42,984 nucleotides of DNA, from the IMG/VR virus record IMGVR_UViG_3300009690_000002. One strand, given 5' to 3'. The translations under genes and the position numbers were made by a program. Shown in pieces: positions 15,715 to 25,220 of the stretch. This DNA comes from a virus. Numbering within the stretch: the first letter of the stretch is position 1; each line of letters begins with the position of its first letter. The notes beneath the pieces were generated by a model that searched no databases, was not told the DNA's origin, and was given only the letters and a program-made list of their open reading frames with translations.

Positions 15715-16521
15715 ATGGAAGCCAATTTCCAAAAAAATTTTGTTCCCACCAGAGATCAAGAAGTCATGGATTTAATCAAGGAAGCACAACAAGCTACTTC
15801 TTCTTTGATTAACCCCTCTCAACTCCCGAACGTCCTGATTTCTCAACGTGTTGCATCTGAGATCACACCTAAAGAGTTCACAGAGCATCATCACATACTT
15901 GTAACTAAGTTGAACGCAGACTTCCTACTTAAAGGGAAGTACCGAACTCTCCCAGAACTGGTTGAGAAGTTCCCGTTCTTAAACGAGTACACCGATGATG
16001 ACATGAAACTCTTGTTTAAGGATATCAACGCTACACTTGAGAAGAGGGATTTACCTCCGTATGAGGTGAAGTTCATTAAGCAGCACATCTATGATCCTAT
16101 CTTCATCGCTGCATGTAACGTTTTGATGAACCCATACGACAAGAGATCAATTGCTGCACAGCTTAAAGATGTAGGGATCACACCAGCTAAGTGGGCTGCG
16201 TTCCTTAAAGTTAAGAGGAACCGGGAATACTACGATAAGTTGGTGAATAACATGATGGACAATGAGTTGTGGAATGAAAGTAGGGTCGCACTAGCTAAGA
16301 ACATCGCAGATAGAGATCTAAGCTCAATTAAGTACTTCCACGAACTTTCGGGTAGACACCGACCTAACGCTCCATTTGACCCCCAAGTCTTGATGTATTT
16401 CATGAGTACAGTTCTAGACGTGGTGACTAAGTACGTGGATGGAACAGTTGCCAGACAGATAGCTGATGAGCTAGAGCAGAAAAGCATCCAAGAACTCACT
16501 AAGGGTGTTATCAACATCTAA
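15715..16521 (+). CDS. Putative small terminase subunit / HTH DNA-packaging protein
   Basis: First gene of the rightward operon. 'GITPAKWAAFLKVKRNREYYDKL...IKYFHELSGRHRPN' resembles the HTH-type TerS family from memory. ATG 15715 is preferred, because the TTG-extended ORF (15649) runs through tandem DNA repeats. Confidence 0.4.
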   Translation: MEANFQKNFVPTRDQEVMDLIKEAQQATSSLINPSQLPNVLISQRVASEITPKEFTEHHHILVTKLNADFLLKGKYRTLPELVEKFPFLNEYTDDDMKLLFKDINATLEKRDLPPYEVKFIKQHIYDPIFIAACNVLMNPYDKRSIAAQLKDVGITPAKWAAFLKVKRNREYYDKLVNNMMDNELWNESRVALAKNIADRDLSSIKYFHELSGRHRPNAPFDPQVLMYFMSTVLDVVTKYVDGTVARQIADELEQKSIQELTKGVINI

Positions 16522-16580
16522 CACCCCCATTTTTACCCTGAATAAGAAGCCCCTCGCCCACCCCCTGTAGGTAAAAAGTC

Positions 16581-17423
16581 ATGCGGATTGTCCCTAGAAC
16601 GGAATTTGGTCTACCTGAGAAGGTAACTAGCTCTGGTGGTTCACCTCGTCCTAAACTTAAGAACTGTAGATGGATGACAGCCCATTACACCGGGAACAAC
16701 GTGATCTATAAAGATAAGGTTACTGCGGAAGTTGTTAAACAGATCCAGCAAGTGTTCCATGCCACTAAACCATTTGAATATAACTACGTGATCGGACAGG
16801 AAGAAAATAACGATATCTACGAGTTCGCAGGGGAATACAAAGCGGCGCATAGCGCTGGGGAGAACACCGACTCCGTCGGTGTCCTGTTCTTACTTGGTGT
16901 AGGTGAGAAACCCACTTGGACGATGATTAACAAGTGGAGGTGGTTACGTGAACACCTTATCTCTAAAGGTCTACTTTCTAGTAGTGCCATCCAGCTACCA
17001 CATAAATTGATGCCAGGAGCAGCTACATCTTGTGCAGGGCCACAAATTGATGCTGTGTGGAAAGAACTTATCCAACCTTATAAGGAGAACATGCAAGTGT
17101 TGCCTATCCGTATCTTTGATAGTAGACCTTGGGGGGTTAAATTTAAGCCAGGAACTGGTGTTATGCCCCTAGAAAGTTACGTCAGTTCAATCCCCAAAAC
17201 CGTGAAGAAACTCAGACTTGGAATTACAGCGGTCAACCCTGTAGGTGAGGGTTATGTTACTTTGTGGGGTGGGGGTCCCATTCCAAATATCTCCAACTTG
17301 AATTACACAGTTCAAAACGCTCCGATTACTAATTACACCGAAGTGAACGTATCTGGGCACCAGTTTAACTACTACGTCCACACAGAAACGGATCTGATCT
17401 TCGATGTATTCAGTTGCGAGTAA
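16581..17423 (+). CDS. N-acetylmuramoyl-L-alanine amidase (Amidase_2/PGRP, T7-lysozyme-like) endolysin with C-terminal extension
   Basis: 'WMTAHYTG', 'YNYVIGQ...AAHSAGENTDSVGVLFLLG' and 'PHKLMPGAATSCAGP' fit the His/His/Cys zinc-ligand pattern of Amidase_2. Confidence 0.8.
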   Translation: MRIVPRTEFGLPEKVTSSGGSPRPKLKNCRWMTAHYTGNNVIYKDKVTAEVVKQIQQVFHATKPFEYNYVIGQEENNDIYEFAGEYKAAHSAGENTDSVGVLFLLGVGEKPTWTMINKWRWLREHLISKGLLSSSAIQLPHKLMPGAATSCAGPQIDAVWKELIQPYKENMQVLPIRIFDSRPWGVKFKPGTGVMPLESYVSSIPKTVKKLRLGITAVNPVGEGYVTLWGGGPIPNISNLNYTVQNAPITNYTEVNVSGHQFNYYVHTETDLIFDVFSCE

Positions 17424-17829
17424 GACTAACTTCATGAGTATTACTTCAAGGATCAAGACTATCTTCGCAGCCTTCTCCTTCATATCTTTAGTTGGAACTT
17501 ATTTTGTGTTTTTCCATGAAGCTAGGTTACCTTTTGTGTGGGTTTACCAAGTTCTACTCCCCCTGTCGGTAATTAGTACAGGATACATGGCATGGAAACC
17601 TAGGATCGGTAACGGTTCTCTGTTCCTTCTACCTTTACTCTTGATTTGCTTGACTCGTCTAGGGGATTTATGGTGGGGGTACTTCATGGGTGATGACCAT
17701 TTAGGGGATGTAGCAGGGTTTAGTGCTGCCTGGTCTTTCCTCCTTATTTCAATTGCCCTTGTAGATTTACTTGAAAGCCGCATCTACCACAGAATGGTGA
17801 CCTACATTGAACAAGAGGCTGAGCGATGA
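17404..17829 (+). CDS. Multi-pass membrane protein (lysis cassette; holin-like candidate)
   Basis: About four hydrophobic segments. It follows the endolysin. Confidence 0.5.
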   Translation: MYSVASKTNFMSITSRIKTIFAAFSFISLVGTYFVFFHEARLPFVWVYQVLLPLSVISTGYMAWKPRIGNGSLFLLPLLLICLTRLGDLWWGYFMGDDHLGDVAGFSAAWSFLLISIALVDLLESRIYHRMVTYIEQEAER

Positions 17830-17833
17830 CGAG

Positions 17834-17974
17834 ATGGAGGAAATCAGGAGTCTACTCTCGAGTAAGAGTAAAACGGCTCTAATAATTGCACTGGTCAGTG
17901 CTATTGCAGGTCTGGTAAGTGCTGTGGGAACAGCTATTGCTAGTATTATAATTGCCTTAAAAACTAAGGGGTAA
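17834..17974 (+). CDS. Small single-pass membrane protein (46 aa; not in the ORF track)
   Basis: My translation is MEEIRSLLSSKSKTALIIALVSAIAGLVSAVGTAIASIIIALKTKG. Confidence 0.45.
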   Translation: MEEIRSLLSSKSKTALIIALVSAIAGLVSAVGTAIASIIIALKTKG

Positions 17975-17975
17975 C

Positions 17976-18233
17976 ATGAAGAACTGGTACAACAATTTAA
18001 GTAACCAATGGAAGGCTACACTTCGGTCATCCTTCCAAGCTGCTGTAGGTTCGGTTCTTGCCGGGGTTCTACTTTTTCTGGTTTCTGTGCAAAACGCAGT
18101 TAATGGGGAAGTAGTAGATTTGGTGGATGCTATCAGTGTCCTTGGTAAAACTGTGGTAACCGCTGCAATTACTTTCTGTTCAGGTCTCGTAACCTATCTA
18201 ATGAACCGTAACGAAAAGGGAGCTAGGTACTAA
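17976..18233 (+). CDS. Holin-like two-TM membrane protein (85 aa)
   Basis: Two hydrophobic helices and a charged C-terminus, in a lysis-cassette context. Confidence 0.5.
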   Translation: MKNWYNNLSNQWKATLRSSFQAAVGSVLAGVLLFLVSVQNAVNGEVVDLVDAISVLGKTVVTAAITFCSGLVTYLMNRNEKGARY

Positions 18234-18424
18234 TGCATCCAGCCACAAAGGAAATCCTACGGTACTTTGAGTACAGCCATCTACCTGAACACCTACAGAG
18301 CATTAGTGCCCCTGTAGGTGAACTAGCATATGCAATGGCCGAGAAGCTTGAAGGTCCAGAACTAACTGCTGGACTTCGTAAATTGCTAGAAGCCAAAGAT
18401 TGTTTTGTGAGGGCGGCTCTCTAA
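18233..18424 (+). CDS. Hypothetical protein (63 aa)
   Basis: ORF. Its start shares 1 nt with the upstream TAA stop codon (TAATG). Confidence 0.5.
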   Translation: MHPATKEILRYFEYSHLPEHLQSISAPVGELAYAMAEKLEGPELTAGLRKLLEAKDCFVRAAL

Positions 18425-18425
18425 A

Positions 18426-19940
18426 GTGCCTAGGAAACAGCCAAAGATCCAACCACATGAATTATTTATGTCTTTCTCGGAGCAACTCCGAGCGAGGGCA
18501 GATGTGGTTGGACTCGCTAAGTATGAACCTATGGAGATTCAAAAAGCTTTCCATGAGTGTACAACTCAGGGGAGACTTTTCTCCGGTGGTAACCGTGCAG
18601 GGAAAACTGTGGCTGGTTCCGTAGAAGCAGTTAAATGGTTAACAGGTGAACATGAAATCTTTAGCTCTATCTATCCTCCTCCTATTAGGGGGAGAGCTTG
18701 TGCTGTGGATTTTGACAGAGGTGTTGATCTAGTTCTTGTACCAGAGTATAAGAAATGGATAGACCCTAAGTACCTGATTAACGGTCGTTGGGAAGATAGT
18801 TACCACAAGGCTACTAAGCTCCTGACTCTAAATAACGGGAGTACCTGCGAGTTTATGTCCTACGATCAGGACGTAGATAAATTCGCAGGTACTTCCCGTC
18901 ATTTCATCCACTTTGATGAGGAACCCCCTAAAGCTATCTTTACTGAGTGTCTAGCACGTTTGATCGACACTAATGGTAAGTGGTGGATGACAATGACCCC
19001 GCTTATTGAGTTCTCATGGACTGCCGAGGACTTGTATGAGCCCATTAAAGATGGACTCGTACCTTTCGTCACCCTTTTTGAAAGCGGCACTAAGGATAAT
19101 GTCCATATCAATAACGAGGCAGTGGATCAACTCACATTCGCAATGGATGATGAGGAGAAAGATGCTCGTACTACTGGCTCAGGGTATTCAGAAACTACTC
19201 TAATCTTCCCTGAGCTTAAGCATTGTGCAATCCCCCCTGTAGGCCCCAAAGAGTTGCGTGGCTACAAATTTTTCACGATGTTGGATCATGGTCTAAGAAA
19301 CCCCACAGCCATCCTATTTGGGGCTGTAGGTCCTGATGATGATATTATCATCTTCCATGAGTATTATCAGACAGATAATTTAGTTTACCAGAACGCTCAG
19401 GAGTACAACTCCATTGTAAAGATGTTTCAAGAAGAACTTAGGGCTGAGAACCGTGAGTTCATCATTGATTACATGGTTGGAGACCCATCCACACAAAACC
19501 GTGACCCAATTACCGGTACTTCTATTAGACAGGAGTACGGGGAAAATGGAGTTTGGTACATGTTGGGGAATAACGATGTGCGAGCAGGGATTCTCCGTGT
19601 TAAAAGTGTTATTGGTTCGGGGAGGCTTAAGGTTACAGAGAATTGTACCAACCTCCTAAGAGAAGCTCGAACTTATAAGTGGAAGAAGCCTGTAAGTTCT
19701 AAGGTGCAAGCTCGCAGTAACCTTCTAGAAGAGCCTGTTAAAAGAAACGATCATGCTCTTGATGCTCTGCGGTATGGAATCATGACCCTACCAAAGACAG
19801 AGAAAGAAGAACGAGAAGAAAAATTGGCGGCTATCAAGGAATTGATGCCCTTCTCAACCACTGCTAAGGTGTGGGATAACCCAATAAAAATTGGGAACGA
19901 GGATAAACTTTTTGATGAACATCTAGGATATTTAGAATGA
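18426..19940 (+). CDS. terL: Terminase large subunit
   Basis: Walker A 'GGNRAGKT', Walker B 'HFIHFDEEP', C-terminal nuclease 'NDHALDALRYG'. The start is either GTG 18426 or ATG 18468. Confidence 0.85.
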   Translation: MPRKQPKIQPHELFMSFSEQLRARADVVGLAKYEPMEIQKAFHECTTQGRLFSGGNRAGKTVAGSVEAVKWLTGEHEIFSSIYPPPIRGRACAVDFDRGVDLVLVPEYKKWIDPKYLINGRWEDSYHKATKLLTLNNGSTCEFMSYDQDVDKFAGTSRHFIHFDEEPPKAIFTECLARLIDTNGKWWMTMTPLIEFSWTAEDLYEPIKDGLVPFVTLFESGTKDNVHINNEAVDQLTFAMDDEEKDARTTGSGYSETTLIFPELKHCAIPPVGPKELRGYKFFTMLDHGLRNPTAILFGAVGPDDDIIIFHEYYQTDNLVYQNAQEYNSIVKMFQEELRAENREFIIDYMVGDPSTQNRDPITGTSIRQEYGENGVWYMLGNNDVRAGILRVKSVIGSGRLKVTENCTNLLREARTYKWKKPVSSKVQARSNLLEEPVKRNDHALDALRYGIMTLPKTEKEEREEKLAAIKELMPFSTTAKVWDNPIKIGNEDKLFDEHLGYLE

Positions 19941-20317
19941 GAACCGTTACAATTTACCGAAACGCAATTGCCCCTCCAGGTGTTTGCGCGAAGTGTGGTT
20001 CCCAGGATAGGGATTGGTTCGTTGATCTTGGTTTTAGTACCAACATGGAGCAACGAATTGGGGATCTAGATATTCCGATCTGGGTTGAGGATGCAGTTGT
20101 TTACCTGTGCTGTGAGTGCATTAATGGCTTGATGGATGATATCCAACGAGCTTATGATGAGTTTGCTCCAGTGAATGATATTACTGTACCCTACAAGCAT
20201 GGAACCAACGACTGCGGATCTATTTCAATTGATCCTACAGCAGAACCAGACGATCGAGAGGCTTACGTCTACAATCGAGAGCCTGAGTTCGAAATTACTT
20301 TCCCAGCAGCCATTTAG
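19937..20317 (+). CDS. Hypothetical zinc-ribbon-like protein (126 aa)
   Basis: 'CAKCGS' ... 'CCEC'. ATGA overlap with the terL stop. Confidence 0.5.
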   Translation: MRTVTIYRNAIAPPGVCAKCGSQDRDWFVDLGFSTNMEQRIGDLDIPIWVEDAVVYLCCECINGLMDDIQRAYDEFAPVNDITVPYKHGTNDCGSISIDPTAEPDDREAYVYNREPEFEITFPAAI

Positions 20318-20432
20318 TTCTGGTCCCCCAACAGTGTTTGAAGGGGAGCGAGAGATTGGGGATACCTATCTCCCTGGGGAATTAGTTGATCTAGGTGAAA
20401 TTGAGAGCTTTGCAAGTATGGATGCAGACTAA
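20175..20432 (+). CDS. Hypothetical protein (<=85 aa; start uncertain)
   Basis: The ORF ends in a TAATG junction with the portal ATG. It overlaps the previous ORF by up to 143 nt. Confidence 0.35.
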   Translation: MILLYPTSMEPTTADLFQLILQQNQTIERLTSTIESLSSKLLSQQPFSSGPPTVFEGEREIGDTYLPGELVDLGEIESFASMDAD

Positions 20433-23251
20433 TGGCAGATGATCTCAAATTCCCAATCGACTATTGGAATCAACAGGCTACGATTGCTGAAAACGCTCGA
20501 ATCCACTTTGAGCAGCAGTGGTATCTAAATATCCTCTTTTATCGGGGCAAACAATGGGCCGTATTTGGTCCTAGCCCCCTTACTAAAAGTGGTGTTGCTC
20601 TAATTAATCCTAAGAGCACACGAAAGAGGTTAGTCTTTAACCGAATCATGCCAATGATTCGTCGTGAGTTCACTAAACTTGTTAAAGAAGAACCACAATT
20701 CTATGTACAGCCAAATACCACAGATCAAAGTGATATCGCTGCTGCTCGAACTGGTGAAGCAATCTCAGATTACATCGCTTATACATGTGGTTTCAATAAA
20801 GCTCGTCGAGTAGCTACTTGGTGGGCTACACAAACTGGCACAGGATTTCTAAAGACTTATTATGATGAGAGTAAACTCCTCCCTGTAGGTCCAGATGGTT
20901 CTGATATTGGTGGAGCTCCTGCTTATTCCGCTCCTACTACTTTTCACATTATCGTTCCTTTCCTTGAAGTAGAGGATATTGAGGATCAACCCTGGGTGAT
21001 TGAACAGCGTGCTGTTGATCCTGAGGTTATCAAACGTACTTATGGTATTGAGGTAGAACCAACTACCCAAGTTAGTACTTCTAATTTGGAGACAAGGTTC
21101 CGCTCTGCCATTAATATCAAGCAAACAGGTACTGCTAAACAGTGTTTGCTACGTGAAATTTGGATTAAGCCCTGTAACAAGTACCCCAATGGTTATTTTG
21201 CTGTATGGGCTGAAAACAAGACTTTGTATGCTTCGGAATGGCCTTACCAGTTTAAGACCTTCCCTTATGCAGTTATCCGTCATATCCCTTCTGGTGGTTT
21301 TTATGGGATTTCCTCTATTGAGGGTCTTATTCCCATGCAGAAGGAGTATAACCTCACCAAATCTCAAATGAGTGAGGCTAGAGATCTAACATCTAAGCCT
21401 GCTCTTACTGCTGTTAAGGGTTCCGTAGATATCTCCAAGGTGAAAGCAGTTCCTGGGCAAATTATTGAATATATGCCAGGGGCTGACCCACCTCGTAGGC
21501 TGGTTAATCCTGATATGCCTACCTACATTGATCGGATGGTAGAATTACTCATTCGGGATATGGATGATAATGCTTCCCAGTTTGAGATTACTAAAGGTCG
21601 TACTCCTCCTGGTGTGGAAGCTGCCTGTGTTGATGCTGAAACTCAAGCATTAACTCGTACTGGCTGGAAGTCATACCATGAGCTTTCTGTCGGTGAGGAA
21701 ATTTATACCATCGACCGAAAGACCAAACTAGGTAAGTTTTCTCCGATTCAGGAACTTAACATCTTCCCAGATTATGAAGGAGAAATCTATAGGTTCTCTA
21801 ACCTGGGGATTGATGCAGCCGTTACCCATAATCACAAGTGGTTCATCAGGGAGCGAAAAACTATCAGGAAGGGTCCTGATTGGTATAAGAAGGTTCTTCG
21901 TAGGACGGATGAACTTCGTTATAATGATGCCTTCATCTTGAATTGTCCTGTGGAGTCCGGGGAGTTTGAGTACAAGAAGGAGTACGCAAAACTACTAGGA
22001 GTTATCATTTCAGATGGTCATTTTGCATATTATGACTATAATGGGCGGAGAAACCTTTGTGGAATTAGAATCCACCAATCTCTGAAAGTAAATTGGGACA
22101 AGTGTGAGGAAATTCAAGAGCTTTTTGATTCCCTACACCTAGATTATACCTACTATGAACGTGGGGATATGGCAGAGTGGTATATTAAGGAATACCACGC
22201 TAGTGGGATTAGGAAGCATATCCCTGACAAAAAGATTAATCTAGAACTGTTTCTCTCATGGTCTCCCGAGCTTCTTCAAGAATTGGTTGATGGACTGCTT
22301 CTCGGCGATGGGACGACTAATAAGCAGGGCCAAACATCATTCTATACCTCTAAGTATGATGATGCTTTAGCTTTCCAAACAATTTGTGCTCTCCTTGGAA
22401 AAACCGTTGGTATCCACAAGGCCTGGGACAGGGAGTATTACCACTGCACTATCAAAAGAGAGAGGAACAGCAAGGTAGTTTGGGGGTCTCTAGATAAGAA
22501 GATTTCTCGAGAGAAACTCCTTGTATGGTGCCCAACAGTTTCCACTGGTGTTTGGCTAGCAAGACGTGGTGAGAAAGTTTATGCTACTGGAAACTCAGCC
22601 ATCGCCTATCTCCAGGAAGAAAATAATACCATCTTGTACCATACAGTAGCTTCGATTGAGGATGCTGTTGAGAAAAGTGGTAAACAAAGTCTACAACTCA
22701 TTCAACAGTATTGGGATACCACCCGTATTATTAATACTGTGAGTAAAACCCACGTACAAGGTGTTATTGAATTTAAGGGGTCTGACTTAAAGAACAACAC
22801 AGATTTCCGTGTTGTTTCAGAATCAATGGCCCCAAGATCTCGTGCTGCCAAACAAGCATCAGTTATGGAATTGATGAAACTGGGAGTTGTTCCACCACAG
22901 GTGGGGCTTAAATACTTCCAGATGTCTGAAACTGATGCTATGTATGATGAACTTCATATTGATGTTAATCAGGCAACACGTGAAAACCTACGAATGGCTC
23001 GTGGGGAAATGGTGGAAGTGAACGCATGGGATAATCATATTGTCCATGTTCAAGAACACTACACATACATGAAAAGTCAGGAATTTGAACTGTTGGATGA
23101 AAATTTACGTCAACAGTTTATCCTTCACACTCAGAAACATCAGACTATTGAAGTAGCGGAGAACCTCCAAGATGATCCCGGAGCAAATGCCCAATCCGTT
23201 CCAGGAAACGACCCCAACGTCGGATCAGAACCAGGACTTGAGCTTAGCTAA
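20432..23251 (+). CDS. Portal protein interrupted by an in-frame intein
   Basis: 939-aa ORF directly after terL. Removing residues 399-721 leaves about 616 aa with a '...TPPGVEAA|SAIAYLQEEN...' junction, which is a portal-like size and position. Confidence 0.7.
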   Translation: MADDLKFPIDYWNQQATIAENARIHFEQQWYLNILFYRGKQWAVFGPSPLTKSGVALINPKSTRKRLVFNRIMPMIRREFTKLVKEEPQFYVQPNTTDQSDIAAARTGEAISDYIAYTCGFNKARRVATWWATQTGTGFLKTYYDESKLLPVGPDGSDIGGAPAYSAPTTFHIIVPFLEVEDIEDQPWVIEQRAVDPEVIKRTYGIEVEPTTQVSTSNLETRFRSAINIKQTGTAKQCLLREIWIKPCNKYPNGYFAVWAENKTLYASEWPYQFKTFPYAVIRHIPSGGFYGISSIEGLIPMQKEYNLTKSQMSEARDLTSKPALTAVKGSVDISKVKAVPGQIIEYMPGADPPRRLVNPDMPTYIDRMVELLIRDMDDNASQFEITKGRTPPGVEAACVDAETQALTRTGWKSYHELSVGEEIYTIDRKTKLGKFSPIQELNIFPDYEGEIYRFSNLGIDAAVTHNHKWFIRERKTIRKGPDWYKKVLRRTDELRYNDAFILNCPVESGEFEYKKEYAKLLGVIISDGHFAYYDYNGRRNLCGIRIHQSLKVNWDKCEEIQELFDSLHLDYTYYERGDMAEWYIKEYHASGIRKHIPDKKINLELFLSWSPELLQELVDGLLLGDGTTNKQGQTSFYTSKYDDALAFQTICALLGKTVGIHKAWDREYYHCTIKRERNSKVVWGSLDKKISREKLLVWCPTVSTGVWLARRGEKVYATGNSAIAYLQEENNTILYHTVASIEDAVEKSGKQSLQLIQQYWDTTRIINTVSKTHVQGVIEFKGSDLKNNTDFRVVSESMAPRSRAAKQASVMELMKLGVVPPQVGLKYFQMSETDAMYDELHIDVNQATRENLRMARGEMVEVNAWDNHIVHVQEHYTYMKSQEFELLDENLRQQFILHTQKHQTIEVAENLQDDPGANAQSVPGNDPNVGSEPGLELS
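21626..22594 (+). mobile_element. Intein (323 aa) with LAGLIDADG homing-endonuclease domain
   Basis: Starts with Cys ('CVDAETQALTRTGW', block A). Block B is 'AAVTHNHKWF'. Two LAGLIDADG motifs are present, 'LLGVIISDGHF' and 'LVDGLLLGDGT'. Blocks F/G are 'VWCPTVSTGVWLARRGEKVYATGN', followed by the +1 Ser. Confidence 0.8.
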
Positions 23252-23987
23252 TCCATTTCTATCTAGTGTAGCAGAAGAAGATAGAGAGGTAGTTAGCAAG
23301 TATATCAAGGAATGGGACTCCGGCGTTACTAAGAAGTTTCAGGAATATTCAGACAAACTGAAAGGCTACCAAAGCCTTGGCGAAATCGAGCAACTTCAAA
23401 ATGCTAGCCAATTTGTTAAGGACCTTCAGTCAGACCCTGTAGGTTTTTTCGTTTCAATGCGAGATTACCTCGTTGATAACGCCGATCAGTTTGATATTGA
23501 GAATGTCCAAGAAACACTAGGAGTTTTACAGAAAATGTCAGAACAACAGGAAGATTTCAACGGGGGAACTCCTCCTGAGTTTGAAGGACTCCCCCCGCAA
23601 TTTGTAGATATGTTCAGTAAGTTGCAGGACACTGTAGGTGAACTCTCTACTAATTACAACCAAACAAAGTCTCAGATTCAAGAACAAGAGCAAATGGCTA
23701 TGCTTGACAGTGTGCTCACAAAGATGCATACTGAGCATGGAGATTTCGATGACACCTACGTACTAACGCAGATTGCCAGCGGAAAATCACCAGAGGATGC
23801 TTACGCATCTTACCAACAACTAACTGAGTCGATTATCAACAGTCATAGAAAGAACCCACCTCCACCAATTATTGGTGGTCCTGGTGGAACTCCTCTTGAC
23901 CAGGTTGATCCGACTAAACTAACAGATGCTAAGTCTCGTAAAGAACTTGGCGCAGCTATTTTAGCACGGGCAGCCTCACAACAATAA
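23172..23987 (+). CDS. Putative scaffolding protein
   Basis: Acidic, Gln/Glu-rich 271-aa protein between portal and capsid. It overlaps the portal 3' end by 65-80 nt. Confidence 0.45.
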   Translation: MIPEQMPNPFQETTPTSDQNQDLSLANPFLSSVAEEDREVVSKYIKEWDSGVTKKFQEYSDKLKGYQSLGEIEQLQNASQFVKDLQSDPVGFFVSMRDYLVDNADQFDIENVQETLGVLQKMSEQQEDFNGGTPPEFEGLPPQFVDMFSKLQDTVGELSTNYNQTKSQIQEQEQMAMLDSVLTKMHTEHGDFDDTYVLTQIASGKSPEDAYASYQQLTESIINSHRKNPPPPIIGGPGGTPLDQVDPTKLTDAKSRKELGAAILARAASQQ

Positions 23988-23996
23988 GGAGATAAA

Positions 23997-25208
23997 ATGA
24001 CTGCCACTCTATCCACCGTACAGAGCATCCTTAAGGAGATGTACGAAGGTACGGTTAATACCCAGTTTAATGATGAATCAGTCGCCATTAAACGAATTGA
24101 ACAGACCGCAGAAGGTGTTGAGGAAAACATCGGTGGTCAACACGTAGTGTTCCCAGTTCGTACTAAGAGGAACCAAGGTATTTCATACCGTTCAGAAGGT
24201 GGACAACTTGCAGCCGCAGGTCGTCAAGGATATGCACGGGCACTTGAAAACCTGCGTTATGGTTATGGCCGCTTTAGTATTTCAGGTCAAGCTATGGCTC
24301 TGGCTGAAACTAAGCCACAAACTTTCATGTCTGCACTAGATGGTGAAATGGATGGCCTTAAGAGCGACCTTGTTAAGGATTCAAACCGTATTGCCTGGGG
24401 GCATAAGGATAACCCAGCAAAAACTACGGGCATCCTCGCTAAGCTCTCAACCTATACCAGTGGTACTCCTTCAATTACTGTAGATTACCCACGTAACTTC
24501 CAAATCGATATGCCCATTGATATCATCAATGGTTCTTCTGGTGCAGTTCGTGGTTCAGTTACAGTTGTAGACATTGATGAGTCAACAGGAATTGTGACCA
24601 TCAGCGGTACAGTTTCTGGTGCTACAACGAACGACTACGCTGCTAGAAGTGGTAACTATGGTAAGGAACCATATGGTCTCCTAGCTCTTATTGGGGCTTC
24701 TGGAACTGTTCATGGTATTGACTCCACTGTTGCTGGTAATGGTTATTGGAAGTCAACTGTAGACACAGCAACCACCACCCTAACTGAGCAAGCGATGCTT
24801 AACCTCTGTGACAAGATTCGTCAGGCCGGTGGTAATAAGCCAACTGCTGTTTTCTGTTCTCTTGGTGTCCGTCGTGCATACTACAACATCATGATTTCTT
24901 CACGTCGTTATGTTGACCCCAAGGAGTTCCCTGGTGGACTTGTTGGTCTTTCATTTAACCATGGTAAGGAAATCCCACTTGTTGAAGATCCTGATGCTCC
25001 AGAAAAGACTGCGGTCTTTGTGGATGAGAAGGAACTCAAGGTATTTGCTAAGAAGAACTGGTACTTTGAGGATGCCGATGGTAATATCCTTAAGTGGAAG
25101 GAAGATTACGACGAGTTCCAGGGTCTCATGAAGAAGTATTGGCAGCTTGGTACCCACAAGCGCAATGCTCACGGAATGATGACCAACATCACTGAGCCTG
25201 TAGCCTGA
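23997..25208 (+). CDS. Major capsid protein (HK97-fold type inferred)
   Basis: 403 aa with a strong SD (AAGGAGATAAAATG). Position is after the scaffold gene. The composition is typical of capsid proteins. This is a positional inference. Confidence 0.7.
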   Translation: MTATLSTVQSILKEMYEGTVNTQFNDESVAIKRIEQTAEGVEENIGGQHVVFPVRTKRNQGISYRSEGGQLAAAGRQGYARALENLRYGYGRFSISGQAMALAETKPQTFMSALDGEMDGLKSDLVKDSNRIAWGHKDNPAKTTGILAKLSTYTSGTPSITVDYPRNFQIDMPIDIINGSSGAVRGSVTVVDIDESTGIVTISGTVSGATTNDYAARSGNYGKEPYGLLALIGASGTVHGIDSTVAGNGYWKSTVDTATTTLTEQAMLNLCDKIRQAGGNKPTAVFCSLGVRRAYYNIMISSRRYVDPKEFPGGLVGLSFNHGKEIPLVEDPDAPEKTAVFVDEKELKVFAKKNWYFEDADGNILKWKEDYDEFQGLMKKYWQLGTHKRNAHGMMTNITEPVA

Positions 25209-25220
25209 TAGGAGATAATA

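Noticed and set aside
18400-18624. 74-aa plus-strand ORF overlapping the terL start
   Set aside because: It lies out of frame within the terL 5' region, which carries the Walker A context. There is no independent support.
19937-20432. The 143-nt overlap of ORFs 19937..20317 and 20175..20432 as a frameshift-fused product
   Set aside because: No slippery site was recognised. The second ORF may simply start later (ATG 20199 or beyond). The evidence is insufficient either way.
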